DNA from: a virus | Lineage: Duplodnaviria; Caudoviricetes | Reading direction: 5' to 3' (one strand) | Length of the DNA: 39,737 nucleotides | Virus record (IMG/VR): IMGVR_UViG_3300033475_000076 | Span: 1-39,737 of that record | Shown here: piece after piece, positions 24,203-34,618 of the stretch | Position numbering within the stretch: the first letter of the stretch is position 1 | Layout of the letters: every line of letters starts with the position of its first letter | Made by a program: the position numbers and the translations under genes | Notes under the pieces: model-generated | The model's database searches: none | Told to the model about the DNA's origin: nothing | The model's input: only the letters and a program-made list of their open reading frames with translations

Positions 24203-25933
24203 ATGCCCGCGACGGTCGAACTCGGCACCCTGCTTGTCAGGTTGCGTGGAGACATCAGTGATCTTGACGCGCGCCTGAAGTCGGCGCAAGTGAAGGTCAC
24301 TGACTTCGAGAAGACGAGTACGGCCAGCTCAGAAGCCACGGGTCGATCGTGGAGGCAAACGGGCCTCCTCGTCGCTGCGGCTACTGCGCTCATGGTGCGC
24401 GGTCTCAGCGATGCAGCGCAGAGCGCTCAGGACCTACGCGCTGCGACTGCGACCACAGGCGAGAGCGTCGAGTCGCTGTCTAAGCTGGAGTTCGCAGCGA
24501 AGAGCGTAGGTGCGACGCTGCAGGATGTTACAGGCGCCGCGAAGGGCTGGCAGCAAGCTCTGTCCGACATATCGCGCGGTGAGGCGACTGAAGCGACGCA
24601 AGCGATCCAAGACCTTGGTGTGGCGTTCCAGGATAGCAGCGGGCGGTTCCGTCAATTCAGCGAAGTACTTCCTGAGATCTCCGACGCGCTCGCGCGGATG
24701 CCTGACGGCTTTCGCAAGACGCAGATTGCCAGCACGCTCTTACGTGACGACACTGGCAAACTGTTGACTGTGTTCGGGCAAGGCTCGAAGGCGCTCGAAG
24801 ATCTAGCTAAGCGCCAGCAAGACCTCGGTCTCATCATGGATCGGGAGGGGATCGAGAAGGCCGCCAGGTACACTGCAGCGATGGGCGAACTTAAGTCATC
24901 GTGGGAGAAGTTCGGTGGCACTCTCAGCGGCGCCGCAGCTGGCCCGCTCAAAGCGATCTTAGACTTCTTCAATCGTGGAGCCGAGAACCTCGACGCATTC
25001 CTCGAGACGCGCGGTCTGTATCGTTGGCGCGAGGCTTGGGAAGCGAACAGTCGAGAGATCGAAAAGATCAATGGTCTGATCCAGCAAGAGCTGGAATTGA
25101 TGGACCACCTGTCCAAGAAGAACGTCACCAAGCAAGTCCTTGAGGATATGGACACGGTAGAGGCACGCATCAAAGGCTACCGCGACACATTGCGCGCGTT
25201 GACCGAGCTCCAGGCGATGTTCGAGAAAGTACGTGAGTCTCTGTCGCTGGAGAAAGACGCGGTTCCGATCGAAGTGCCGCTGCCGACCGACGCACTCAAG
25301 GGTTGGTTCGACGTGCGCGACGTGATCAAGAAAGACCTCGACGATCTGCAAGATCGGATGAAGGGTCTGCCAGTCCTGTTCGGTGAGAGTTTCGCCTTCG
25401 ACGCGCGGCCATTCGAGCAGGCTATGGATCGCATCAACAATGCTGTGGAGAACGGCGTTATCACGGAACAGCAAGCCGCGAAGATGAAACGGCAGCTGAA
25501 GAAAGACGAGCAGGGCATGATCCTCGAGACTGCCTCGCTCGCTGCAAGCACGTTGACCACAGTCTTCGGCAAGAGCAAGGCGGCTGCTATCGCCGCGGGC
25601 ATCATCAACACCGCTGTGGCTGTGACCAAAGCTCTCAGCGGATCGGTGCCGCCGTATAACTTCATTCAGGCCGCGCTGGTCGCAGCCGCAGGCGTTGCGC
25701 AGATCGCATCGATCCGCAGCACAACACAGGACGGCGGCGGTAGTACTGCTCCCGTCAGCAGCGGCGGCAGCGGTAGCAGCGGCGGCGGTGACACCGGCCC
25801 CGCGCCCCAAGCGCAAACGCTATTCGTGGAAGGTATCAATCCCAACGATATCTTCTCGGGCTCCTACATGAAGGACCTCGCCGAGCGTCTCCTGCAGTAT
25901 CAGCGGGACGGCGGCGTAGTCGTTCTAACATGA
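24203..25933 (+). CDS. tail tape measure protein
   Basis: ELGTLLVRLRGD start; long Ala-rich helical protein; position. Confidence 0.9.
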   Translation: MPATVELGTLLVRLRGDISDLDARLKSAQVKVTDFEKTSTASSEATGRSWRQTGLLVAAATALMVRGLSDAAQSAQDLRAATATTGESVESLSKLEFAAKSVGATLQDVTGAAKGWQQALSDISRGEATEATQAIQDLGVAFQDSSGRFRQFSEVLPEISDALARMPDGFRKTQIASTLLRDDTGKLLTVFGQGSKALEDLAKRQQDLGLIMDREGIEKAARYTAAMGELKSSWEKFGGTLSGAAAGPLKAILDFFNRGAENLDAFLETRGLYRWREAWEANSREIEKINGLIQQELELMDHLSKKNVTKQVLEDMDTVEARIKGYRDTLRALTELQAMFEKVRESLSLEKDAVPIEVPLPTDALKGWFDVRDVIKKDLDDLQDRMKGLPVLFGESFAFDARPFEQAMDRINNAVENGVITEQQAAKMKRQLKKDEQGMILETASLAASTLTTVFGKSKAAAIAAGIINTAVAVTKALSGSVPPYNFIQAALVAAAGVAQIASIRSTTQDGGGSTAPVSSGGSGSSGGGDTGPAPQAQTLFVEGINPNDIFSGSYMKDLAERLLQYQRDGGVVVLT

Positions 25934-25943
25934 CGAGGCGGAC

Positions 25944-26750
25944 ATGCTGATCCTTGCGCCCGGCTTCGTTGTCTCGGCTGATACCGATACCAATGCGAAC
26001 TCGCCGTGCATTGGGTACCATAACCTGTGCACTACTACGACTGTCTCCGCGAGCAGTACAGCGACCGGCTACCCCGTCACGAACCTCGGCAACCCGCTCA
26101 CCTACTCGAAGTGGAAGGGCGCGAGCGCTGCGGCGATCAACGTCTTTGTAGACGTGTCGGGCTACGGCGACTTGATCGACTACGTCGGCATTGCTCGACA
26201 CAACTTCGGCACCAAGGGCATCACCGTTGACGTGTACGGCGACGCGGGCGCAGGGTATGTCCTGCTAGGCAGCGTTGCGCCCGCCGACGACTCGCCTCTG
26301 ATCTTCCGCTTCGCTCCGGCGATCTATAACACGATCAAGGTTGCGCTTGGAGCTGGCAGCGCAGCGCCCTCCATGGCGGTGCTGTACGTCGGCAAGCTCC
26401 TAGTCGCACAACGGCGCATCTACGTCGGGCATACGCCTATCACGCTCGCGCGTGAAGACGACGTGACGGGCGGCGTCAGCGAAGAGGGCGACTTCCTTGG
26501 GCGCATCATCACCGGATCGACGAACGCGAACGCGATCAGCTGGGCGAACTTCACTCCGGGTTGGTACCGTCTCTACTTCGCTCCGTTCATCCTCGCGGCA
26601 CGCACTAAGCCGTGGTTCTTTGCATGGAGGCCTAGCACCTACCCGCTCGAAGTCGGGTTCTGCTGGCTGTCGAACCAGCCGAAGCCGGTCAACGACTTGC
26701 CCAACGGCATGATGCGCATTGATCTCCAGACGAGAGGCATCGTGCTGTGA
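25944..26750 (+). CDS. distal tail protein
   Basis: follows TMP; DYVGIARHN, FLGR, PWFFAWRP. Confidence 0.75.
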   Translation: MLILAPGFVVSADTDTNANSPCIGYHNLCTTTTVSASSTATGYPVTNLGNPLTYSKWKGASAAAINVFVDVSGYGDLIDYVGIARHNFGTKGITVDVYGDAGAGYVLLGSVAPADDSPLIFRFAPAIYNTIKVALGAGSAAPSMAVLYVGKLLVAQRRIYVGHTPITLAREDDVTGGVSEEGDFLGRIITGSTNANAISWANFTPGWYRLYFAPFILAARTKPWFFAWRPSTYPLEVGFCWLSNQPKPVNDLPNGMMRIDLQTRGIVL

Positions 26751-29029
26751 CGGTCGGAACGCAAGCGGTCACTTACATCGAGATTGATTTGCCGACGTGT
26801 CTCAACACGTACGGCGTGGCACCGTGCACCGCGTCGATCCCGACAACTGGTAGCAAGAAGTGCTTCAACACGTTCAAGACTTGCCAGGACCTTGTGAACT
26901 TCACGCTGGGCAGTGTCACGTTGCGCTTCTGCAAGAGCGCCGCGTACTACGACCAATCGATCGAGGCGGTTCCGTCGCTCAAGAGCGACTCGTACACGCC
27001 CGGCGTGATCAGCTTCGGCACGAACCTCGGACAACGCGCGACGCTGTCCCTGGCGTTCCGCGATCATCCTCACCCCGATACGCTGCCAGGCCTTGTGGAT
27101 CCTTACCTGTCATCGCGCTCCTACGACCCTGTGACACAGGGGTCCTTCTGGGGCAAGTTCCGCGCTCGGCACCCGTACATCCTCGGTCGCCCGCTACGCC
27201 GCATCCGCGGCTTTGTTGGGCAGGCTCTCGCCGACATGGAAGTCGAGCACTTCGTGATTGACTCCTACGACGGCCCAAAGCCCGACGGCACTTTCACGAT
27301 CACGGCCAAGGATGTTCTGAAGCTGGCCGACGATGACAAGGCGCAAGCGCCCGCCGTAAGCAACGGGACCACGCTCGCGTCAATGACCAACGTGGCCACG
27401 ACGTTCACCCTGAACCCGGCGGGCATCGGAAACTTGGAGTACCCCGCCTCTGGCTGGGTGAACGTAGGCGGCAAGGAGGCGATGTCATTCACGCGTGTAG
27501 CCGACGCGATGACTGTGGTTCGCGCCCAGCTTGGATCGACTGCGATTGCGCACGCTGCCGGCGAGCGTGTGCAGCTGGTCCTTGCGTACGTCGGGCAAGA
27601 TCCAGCCTACATCTTGAACGACCTCTACACGAACTACACTGAGATCGACCCTTCGTGGATCCCGCTCTCCGACTGGCAGGACGAAGTCGATAGCAAACTC
27701 GGTCTCACTTACACGCGCTATATTACCGAGCCCACAGGCGTCAACAAGTTGGCGTCGCAGCTGATCCAAGAAGCCGCAATGGCGCAGTGGTGGGACCCGA
27801 GCGCGCAACTGATCAAGCTGCAGGTGTTGAGTCCGATCGCGCCTGGAGCGACGGTCTACAGCGGCGACGTGCGCATGCGCTCGTCTCTGACGAACAAAGA
27901 GCAGCTGTCAACGCGACTGAGCGAGGTGTGGACGTTCTTCGGTCCACGCGACTATACGCAGCGCAGCGACAACAAGGACAACTACGCCTATGGTGTCGCG
28001 CGCATTGATGCGACTGCTGCCACTCAGTGGGGCTCCACGCAAGTCAAGACGATCTTCTCGCAGTGGATCTCCTCCGCCGGCCTGCCTGCGGCCGAGCGGT
28101 GCAATAACTTGCAGCTTGGACGCTATCGCGACCCGCCGCGCACGTTCGAGTTCTCGCTGTATAAGTCGGACCAGATCGTTGTGCCTGTGCTGGGCGTCGG
28201 CTGCTACATCTCCGCGCCTAACTTGCAAGACGATGAAGGCGCACGTGAGTCGGTGCCGTGTCAGGTCCAGAGGATCAATAATCTCGAAGATCGCTACATG
28301 GTCACGGCCGAGGAACTGCGTTTCTCGTTCTACGACTCCAGCGATGTGACCGCGCGAGTCGTCACGATCGGCGCGGATACGCTCGACTTCAACCTTCTCG
28401 CAGCGCACGACGCGACTTATCCGGAGCTCACGCTCGCCGATGTTGGTGTGGTCACGCTCGAGTGCATCATCCTCTCATCTGCTGTGGTCGGTTCGTCCTC
28501 GGCGTCTACGCCCGCCTTCGACGTGGGAACAGGTTGGCCGACAGGGTTCAAGCCGAAGATCACAGTGCAGGGCCGCATTCAGGGCAAAGGCGGTGCGGGG
28601 GCCGACTTCAAACCGACCGCGCCTCCTAACAGCGGCAACCCCGGCGGTACTGCGCTGAAGACCACAATCAATATCGACCTCGACGACTCGGTCGGTGCGA
28701 TCTGGGGCGGTGGAGGTGGCGGCGCTCAAGGCGGCTCGCACGATGGCGGTGGCGGTGGTGCGGGTACGCAGGTTGGTGCAGGCGGACTCGGCAACGTCCC
28801 CGGCGCTGACGGCAATCCCGGTACAGCAACCGCAGGTGGCGTAGGCGGACATATCAACGGCAATCCGTCGCTCGGCACAAGCGCAGGCTCAGGCGGCGGG
28901 CCTGGCTTGACGGGTGCAGCGAGCGCGGTTCCCGGTACGACCACATCCGCTGCTGGCTACTGCATCGATGGAATTGCGCACGTGACGACGATCGGCACCC
29001 CTGCTGACCGTCGCGGACCGACAGTGTAG
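26747..29029 (+). CDS. tail tip/hub protein with Gly-rich C-terminus
   Basis: N-terminal C...YG..PC...CFNT..TCQD; GSFWGKFRAR; ITAKDVL. Confidence 0.8.
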   Translation: MTVGTQAVTYIEIDLPTCLNTYGVAPCTASIPTTGSKKCFNTFKTCQDLVNFTLGSVTLRFCKSAAYYDQSIEAVPSLKSDSYTPGVISFGTNLGQRATLSLAFRDHPHPDTLPGLVDPYLSSRSYDPVTQGSFWGKFRARHPYILGRPLRRIRGFVGQALADMEVEHFVIDSYDGPKPDGTFTITAKDVLKLADDDKAQAPAVSNGTTLASMTNVATTFTLNPAGIGNLEYPASGWVNVGGKEAMSFTRVADAMTVVRAQLGSTAIAHAAGERVQLVLAYVGQDPAYILNDLYTNYTEIDPSWIPLSDWQDEVDSKLGLTYTRYITEPTGVNKLASQLIQEAAMAQWWDPSAQLIKLQVLSPIAPGATVYSGDVRMRSSLTNKEQLSTRLSEVWTFFGPRDYTQRSDNKDNYAYGVARIDATAATQWGSTQVKTIFSQWISSAGLPAAERCNNLQLGRYRDPPRTFEFSLYKSDQIVVPVLGVGCYISAPNLQDDEGARESVPCQVQRINNLEDRYMVTAEELRFSFYDSSDVTARVVTIGADTLDFNLLAAHDATYPELTLADVGVVTLECIILSSAVVGSSSASTPAFDVGTGWPTGFKPKITVQGRIQGKGGAGADFKPTAPPNSGNPGGTALKTTINIDLDDSVGAIWGGGGGGAQGGSHDGGGGGAGTQVGAGGLGNVPGADGNPGTATAGGVGGHINGNPSLGTSAGSGGGPGLTGAASAVPGTTTSAAGYCIDGIAHVTTIGTPADRRGPTV

Positions 29030-29038
29030 GAGAGACGT

Positions 29039-31339
29039 ATGACCAACTACGCGATCTACCAGGACTACGTCCAGGACGCACTAGGCAACATTCAAGTCGG
29101 CGCGACGATTGAAGTCAGACGCGAGTCGGACAACGCGCTTGTGACGATCTACTCGACGCGCACGGGCACACCTAAAACCAACCCGACGACCACAGACAGC
29201 AACGGCTACTTCTTCTTCTACGTGGCGGGGGGCGCGTATAAACTTACGATCACTGTAGGCGCGACCGTGCAGGTCTACCGCCATGTCGCGATCGGGACCG
29301 CGGCTGAAGGCGACATCGACTACTCGGCTTTCGGAACCGCTGGTCGGCTCCTGCGTTGGGACGGAACTGGGATCGTAACGACCACGGGCGCATTCGAAGA
29401 TGCAGGCGGCATTGTCTATGTTACGCAAGTCGGCAGCACTTCTAACTACCTTGCGTTCCAGCACGACGGAACAAATTCGATCGTGACATCAGGCGTGGGG
29501 TCGCTGCTTCAGAACGTGCCTTCCAGTAAGTCTTTCATTTGGAACATCAACAGCGTTGAGTCTATGCGTCTTGATAGTAGCGGCAAGTTCGGACTCAACG
29601 AGTCGGCGCCACAAGGTAAGGCGCACTTCGTTACCGCCCAGGGGGCACTACCCTCGAACGGTAATACCGACAACGCGCTTGTGCTCGAAAGCAGTGCAAC
29701 GGCCGGTGTAGGCGTTGGCCCTTCACTTATCTTTCGCGGGAAAACTGGAAACTCGACCGCGCGTTACGGGTTCGCAGGTGTCCAGGGTGTCAAGGCGTCC
29801 GCCGCCGGTTCCGACTACAGCGGCAACCTGATCTTCACTCTGCAGGGCGCCGGCGGCGGTGTAGCGCAGAACGAAGCAGGTCGCTTCGCGTGGGGTACCA
29901 ATGCGCCCATGCTACTTGTGGGTGCTACGACTCCGATCACGGCGACTGACCTCGCTGAGTTCGACTTGTCGCAGAACGCGTCTACTTACCTTCGCCTTCG
30001 CAACGTGAACACAGGCTCAAGTAGCCGTACTGGCATTGCGCTCGGAAACAGTATCGCGAACCAGCATGCTCTGATCTTCATTAACGGAGTCAACACCTCC
30101 GACTACGCCGGTGTGGGCACGATGATGATGGGCACAGTGAGTGCCTACCCCGTCGCGGTCATCACCGGCAACTCCGTCCGATCCGAATGGGATGCCAGCG
30201 GCAATTTTCTGCACATGCCCGGCGGCACCGTCTACAACGCGCAACTAATTGGCCCCGCCAATACGGTAACGCCCGCGTGGCAGTATCATGGCACGACACA
30301 GGGTCAGTCACTGATGGAGCTCGGCCGATGGTCCGCTGATGCGAGCCCTCCGGAAATCGACTTCTTTAAGAGCCGAGGCGCCGCGGTCGGCACTCGCGGG
30401 CTAGTGTCAATTAACGATAACATAGGCGCGCTCGTTTGGCGCGTAGATGATGGAACGAACGCGCCCGGCGTCGCGACGATTAAAGTAGAGATGGATGCCG
30501 CGACTGCTGCTGGCGATCTACCAACCCGCATGATGTTCTTTGTCACGCCGGACGCAACTGCATCTCAGGTGGAAGTGCTACGGGTTGACAACGCGGGACG
30601 TTTAATTCTTGGCGGCGGAGGTGCGGCCGTCAGCACGTTTAGCACTGGTACTAACACCCCCCATCACCAACACCATGGTAACACCGCGAACACATCCGCA
30701 TACGGGCAAGCGCGATACACTAACGACGGCGGTGGTGCGAACCTCTTCCTAGCTAAGTCGCGCAGCGCCACTCTCATGACGCATACCATCGTCCAGCTGA
30801 GCGACAACTTCGGCGTGATTAACTTCGCCGGCTCAGATGGCACAAACTTTGTCACGGGCGCGCAAATCGTTGGTACCTGTGACGCTACGCCTGGTGCATC
30901 GAATGACATGCCAGCGTGCATAAAGATCTTGACGTGTGCCGATGGAACATCGTCGCTCATTGAGAGAATGCGTATTCCGAACTCAGGTAAGACTAGCTTC
31001 GGTTCGAGCGGCGTTGCTGGCGATATCAACGGTGTCGGTTGGATACACACCTACGTTAACAATGGCACCGTCTCGTCCGGCACTGTGACGCCTGACCCGT
31101 TGCTCGGCAATGAACAGTACTATACGAACGGAGGCGCCCACACGCTCGCTCCGATGTCCAATGGCCCAAGCACTGTGGGCATGGAGATCACGAACAACGG
31201 GTCCGCAGGCGCGATCACTACGTCGGGCTTCACCAAGGTGGTGGGCGATGCCTTCACCACGACTAACGGCCATAAATTCTATTGTGTCCTCAAAAAGACC
31301 CAGACGTACTCGCTCCTTAGTGTTACAGCACTGCAGTAA
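29039..31339 (+). CDS. tail fibre / receptor-binding protein
   Basis: N-terminal NP.TTDSNGYFFFY anchor; repeated MRLDSSG-type fibre motifs; more AT-rich codons. Confidence 0.85.
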   Translation: MTNYAIYQDYVQDALGNIQVGATIEVRRESDNALVTIYSTRTGTPKTNPTTTDSNGYFFFYVAGGAYKLTITVGATVQVYRHVAIGTAAEGDIDYSAFGTAGRLLRWDGTGIVTTTGAFEDAGGIVYVTQVGSTSNYLAFQHDGTNSIVTSGVGSLLQNVPSSKSFIWNINSVESMRLDSSGKFGLNESAPQGKAHFVTAQGALPSNGNTDNALVLESSATAGVGVGPSLIFRGKTGNSTARYGFAGVQGVKASAAGSDYSGNLIFTLQGAGGGVAQNEAGRFAWGTNAPMLLVGATTPITATDLAEFDLSQNASTYLRLRNVNTGSSSRTGIALGNSIANQHALIFINGVNTSDYAGVGTMMMGTVSAYPVAVITGNSVRSEWDASGNFLHMPGGTVYNAQLIGPANTVTPAWQYHGTTQGQSLMELGRWSADASPPEIDFFKSRGAAVGTRGLVSINDNIGALVWRVDDGTNAPGVATIKVEMDAATAAGDLPTRMMFFVTPDATASQVEVLRVDNAGRLILGGGGAAVSTFSTGTNTPHHQHHGNTANTSAYGQARYTNDGGGANLFLAKSRSATLMTHTIVQLSDNFGVINFAGSDGTNFVTGAQIVGTCDATPGASNDMPACIKILTCADGTSSLIERMRIPNSGKTSFGSSGVAGDINGVGWIHTYVNNGTVSSGTVTPDPLLGNEQYYTNGGAHTLAPMSNGPSTVGMEITNNGSAGAITTSGFTKVVGDAFTTTNGHKFYCVLKKTQTYSLLSVTALQ

Positions 31340-31363
31340 GACCCCAATCGAAGGAACGACCAC

Positions 31364-31726
31364 ATGGAAAAGAAGCAGAGCTTTGTGACTGTAGTCACCG
31401 ATGGCGGCGCGCCGGAGCAGTGGCCCGCTGAGATGGTGATCGCCCGGAAGTATGACGAGATCCGCGCCAATCAGTTGTCGAATGCGATGAGAGCTTCGGC
31501 TGAGTTCCAGGCGCAGGTCATGGTTCTGCAAGTGCAGCTCGAAGCTGCTAACGCGACGATCGCTGCCCTGCAGGAGGCGAATGCACAGTTGGTCGGCAAG
31601 ACGAAGAAGGCGCCGAAGACTGCTGAGGCCGTCGCTGAGAAGGTCGCAGTCGACATCGCCGCAGAGGCGAAGCAGAAAGTCGCTGACGCAGCAGCTGCTG
31701 CGAAGTTGAATGGAGGCAAGCAATGA
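31364..31726 (+). CDS. coiled-coil protein
   Basis: Ala/Lys/Gln-rich heptads; AAGGA RBS. Confidence 0.7.
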   Translation: MEKKQSFVTVVTDGGAPEQWPAEMVIARKYDEIRANQLSNAMRASAEFQAQVMVLQVQLEAANATIAALQEANAQLVGKTKKAPKTAEAVAEKVAVDIAAEAKQKVADAAAAAKLNGGKQ

Positions 31727-32268
31727 CATCGGCAGAAGCACAGGCAGCACTGGACGCAATTCACAAGGAGCAGATCGACGCTAAGGCGGCGTTCGATCTC
31801 GAAGTGCAGGATATCATCACCGAACAAGCGAAGGCGATCGCTGACGCGAAGAAGGTGATGGAGGACGCTCAGGCAGCAGCTGAGTCGCTTGCACAGTCGA
31901 GAACCACATCGGCTACTGCAGCCTATGAGACTACGTCCTTAGACCTCAAGAAGCGCGAGGGCGCGGCCAACGAGGACTTCATCAAAGCCCGGAAGTTTGA
32001 GGAGAGTGCCGAGGCTGCTTCGAAACTCGTCGATCTCGCCACAGCTCACCACGCTGCGATGCAGAAGGTTCGCGACCTAACACCGGCGCCCCCCGACGCG
32101 AACGATCCACAAGCGAAGATCATCAAGACCTTGTCGCCCGAGGACCAGGCGCGTGCTGACGCGGAACTGCAGATCGCTCGCGTGGCGGAGCGGAAGTTGC
32201 GGGAGGCATACGACGCGGCGCTGAACACGATCAACAATGACCACCTCAGCGAGATAGTCGAGGGCTAA
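31723..32268 (+). CDS. coiled-coil protein
   Basis: GGAGG RBS, ATGA overlap, helical. Confidence 0.7.
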   Translation: MTSAEAQAALDAIHKEQIDAKAAFDLEVQDIITEQAKAIADAKKVMEDAQAAAESLAQSRTTSATAAYETTSLDLKKREGAANEDFIKARKFEESAEAASKLVDLATAHHAAMQKVRDLTPAPPDANDPQAKIIKTLSPEDQARADAELQIARVAERKLREAYDAALNTINNDHLSEIVEG

Positions 32269-32269
32269 C

Positions 32270-33040
32270 GTGCCAATCGAACTGCCTCCAAAGCTGTGGG
32301 TACCTCCCGCGCCCGCTATCATACGGCCGGCGCGGGAGCCGATCATCCCAGCGAGCCTTGTTCCGCTTATGCCGTTCAGGCAGGCCGCGGCGAAGGCGTC
32401 GGCAAATCTTGTCGCGTCGCCTGCGTCCAGTGTGGGCGTCAATACTAGCTACTCATTCACCAGCGTAGGCGTTGGGAGTCCAGCGGGTACGAGTCTTGTC
32501 GCGGTCGAGATCTTCGCGTACTCGTCGACCAAGGGGCACAACAGTTTAAGCGCGTGCGCGATCGACGGCACGAACGGAACCATACACGTTCAGACTTTCG
32601 CCGAAGGTGCCGCGGCAGTTGACGTGATCTGCGCAATCGTGAGCCGTGCAACGTCCAACACCTCGATCACTATCGCGCCGACGTTCGGAACAACGATGGA
32701 TGCTTGCCTGATCCGCGTGTACCGACTTCAGAACCTGACCAGCGCCACGCCCGACGCGACCACGAGCTCCACCACGGGCACGGGGGCCACAGGAACGTCG
32801 TGCTCTTCAACTATGAACATTCTCGCCAACGGCATCGCGTTGCAGGCGGTGCAGAGCTACCAGCCAACGCTCGGCTCGATTGCAGGCGCTGACCAAGATA
32901 GCTCGGGCCAAAGCAACCCCACGCTCGGCAACTTCTCGGCACGCTCCAAGTCGCTCATGAGCGCGGAAACGCCGCGCACATTCTCAGCCGCAGTGTCGCC
33001 CGCCACCCTGCTGTGCTCCGTTGCAGCGACTTGGCATTAG
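32270..33040 (+). CDS. putative accessory tail/fibre protein
   Basis: Pro-rich N-terminal arm (PAPAIIRPA) followed by a Ser/Thr-rich beta domain. Confidence 0.65.
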   Translation: MPIELPPKLWVPPAPAIIRPAREPIIPASLVPLMPFRQAAAKASANLVASPASSVGVNTSYSFTSVGVGSPAGTSLVAVEIFAYSSTKGHNSLSACAIDGTNGTIHVQTFAEGAAAVDVICAIVSRATSNTSITIAPTFGTTMDACLIRVYRLQNLTSATPDATTSSTTGTGATGTSCSSTMNILANGIALQAVQSYQPTLGSIAGADQDSSGQSNPTLGNFSARSKSLMSAETPRTFSAAVSPATLLCSVAATWH

Positions 33041-33138
33041 TTGCAAGGGCAAAGATAATTTGCTCGCTGGCAGCCGATCCGGGCGCCGGGTATATCACCT
33101 ACTACGCCCGGAGAACCGCTCGCCAGCCGGCGCCTAGC

Positions 33139-33702
33139 TCAGCGCCACAGGCCTTTGAACCTGTGCGCTGCCGTCGCTGTGTACCGCGCGGTCATGTTCG
33201 CGTCGCGATGCCCTAAGTAGTCCTGGATCAGCCGGCTGTCGAGGCCTTCATTGGCGAGGTAGTAGCCGCAGGAATGGCGCAACATGTGAGGATGAACGTG
33301 CCCGAGGCCCGCGCGCTCGCCTGCGGCAGCGATCAGGATATTGACCGTGCTGCGAGCCAGCGGCGACCCACTCGGGCCGGGGAAGAGCCATATACTGTTG
33401 TGGTCCTTCAGATACGCACGCAGCATGCGGAGCTCGTCTCCTTCGATCGGCTGCTGAGTGCTCGTGCTACCCTTCAAGCGATTGACCTGCAAGCGAGCCT
33501 CGTCAAGGTCTACGGCGTCACGTCGCATGTTGACCGCTTCGCTCACGCGCAGACCGTGGCGAAACATCATCAGGAGCAGTAGACGATCGCGCCCGACGCG
33601 TGCCGCAGCGAGCAACGACTTGATCTCGGCAGGTGTCAAGTAGTTCTTCGCGCGACCGTCTACGGCCTCGTTTTCAACATTACTCGTTTTGGCGGCTGTC
33701 AT
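33139..33702 (-). CDS. small tyrosine recombinase, catalytic domain only (FimB/FimE- or resolvase-like)
   Basis: HGLRVSE, RLKG, HPHMLRHSCG, IQDYLGH, TARYT (R-K-H-R-H-Y intact). Confidence 0.93.
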   Translation of the reverse strand: MTAAKTSNVENEAVDGRAKNYLTPAEIKSLLAAARVGRDRLLLLMMFRHGLRVSEAVNMRRDAVDLDEARLQVNRLKGSTSTQQPIEGDELRMLRAYLKDHNSIWLFPGPSGSPLARSTVNILIAAAGERAGLGHVHPHMLRHSCGYYLANEGLDSRLIQDYLGHRDANMTARYTATAAHRFKGLWR

Positions 33703-33748
33703 TGGGGGCCTCAGATATCGCGCAAATGCGCCGGTTGCTCCCGGCGCT

Positions 33749-33776
33749 TTTCAACAAAATACGTTTTTTGTCAAAT
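33749..33776. other. candidate recombinase crossover/binding site
   Basis: TTTCAACAAAA-TACGTT-TTTTGTCAAAT (11-6-11 imperfect palindrome) just upstream of the recombinase. Confidence 0.55.
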
Positions 33777-33974
33777 GCGCAAGTCGCTCGGATCGTACCA
33801 AACTGGCGCGCGCATGAAGCGGCGTACACCTTGCAGCACGATCTTAAAGCGCTGACGACGGCGACGCGCGCACTCCTGCGACTTGTTGAAGCCGCCCTTG
33901 TACTGCTTTGGCAGCTTGCGCGCGTAGGGTACGCGCACGCCTACCAGGTGTGGATGATAGAAGAAGGCTCTCAT
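33771..33974 (-). CDS. hypothetical basic protein
   Basis: GAGGA RBS; 67 aa. Confidence 0.55.
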   Translation of the reverse strand: MRAFFYHPHLVGVRVPYARKLPKQYKGGFNKSQECARRRRQRFKIVLQGVRRFMRAPVWYDPSDLRI

Positions 33975-33981
33975 TGGATCC

Positions 33982-34146
33982 TCATTTGATCTTGATCGAT
34001 GCGCCGCCGGTCATGACGATGCCGCTCTTACCGCACTTCGGGCACGGCCCGTTGATCACCTTACCGTCTTTGTCGATCATGCTGGTGCCGCAGACGTTAC
34101 ACGTGATCTTCAGTCCGTCACCGCTGATCGTTGGTCCTTTGCTCAT
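33982..34146 (-). CDS. small zinc-ribbon protein
   Basis: CNVCG...CPKCG; ATGA overlap. Confidence 0.65.
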   Translation of the reverse strand: MSKGPTISGDGLKITCNVCGTSMIDKDGKVINGPCPKCGKSGIVMTGGASIKIK

Positions 34147-34343
34147 TGCTTTGTCCATTGCATCATGACAGCGCGACTCGTGATAGACAGAGGATCGTCG
34201 CCCGTGTAGATCGGGCGGACGACTTGGTACAGCGAGAACACGGCGAGACCTACGATCGTCGCCATGATCACGGGGAACCACAGGACCGCTTTGCCCTCGG
34301 CTTCATCGCTCGACAGGTCGCGCTCGAAATCTTCGATCTTCAT
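34143..34343 (-). CDS. small membrane protein
   Basis: MKIEDFERD..., one TM; GGAGG RBS. Confidence 0.6.
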   Translation of the reverse strand: MKIEDFERDLSSDEAEGKAVLWFPVIMATIVGLAVFSLYQVVRPIYTGDDPLSITSRAVMMQWTKQ

Positions 34344-34618
34344 TCTACTATCCTCCGGTCGGTACACACGATGGCCCACAGCCGGTTGAAGAAGAGGCTG
34401 TCGTCATCCACGTACACATTACCGGTAGTCCCGTTCACCACGAAGGACCGGTTTCCTTTGCCCCACGGCGGAAAGTCTAGGAGGACGCTGCCGCACACGT
34501 GCGGCTTGACGGCGGGTCGGGGTGATAGGAAGACGTTGGAAACGTCGGCTTTGGTGCCGAGGAACTCAGTGACCTGCTGCACGCCCCACGCTTCTTGAAA
34601 GAGCTCGGCGTCGCGCAT
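34340..34618 (-). CDS. hypothetical protein
   Basis: MRDAELFQEAW...; stop overlaps the next ATG. Confidence 0.55.
   Translation of the reverse strand: MRDAELFQEAWGVQQVTEFLGTKADVSNVFLSPRPAVKPHVCGSVLLDFPPWGKGNRSFVVNGTTGNVYVDDDSLFFNRLWAIVCTDRRIVE

Noticed and set aside
28590-28940. GGC-rich low-complexity repeats
   Set aside because: Encode the ordinary Gly-rich C-terminus of the tail tip protein
29039-33040. Diversity-generating retroelement or shufflon acting on the fibre genes
   Set aside because: No reverse transcriptase, no TR/VR nucleotide repeat pair and no inverted alternative fibre ends seen
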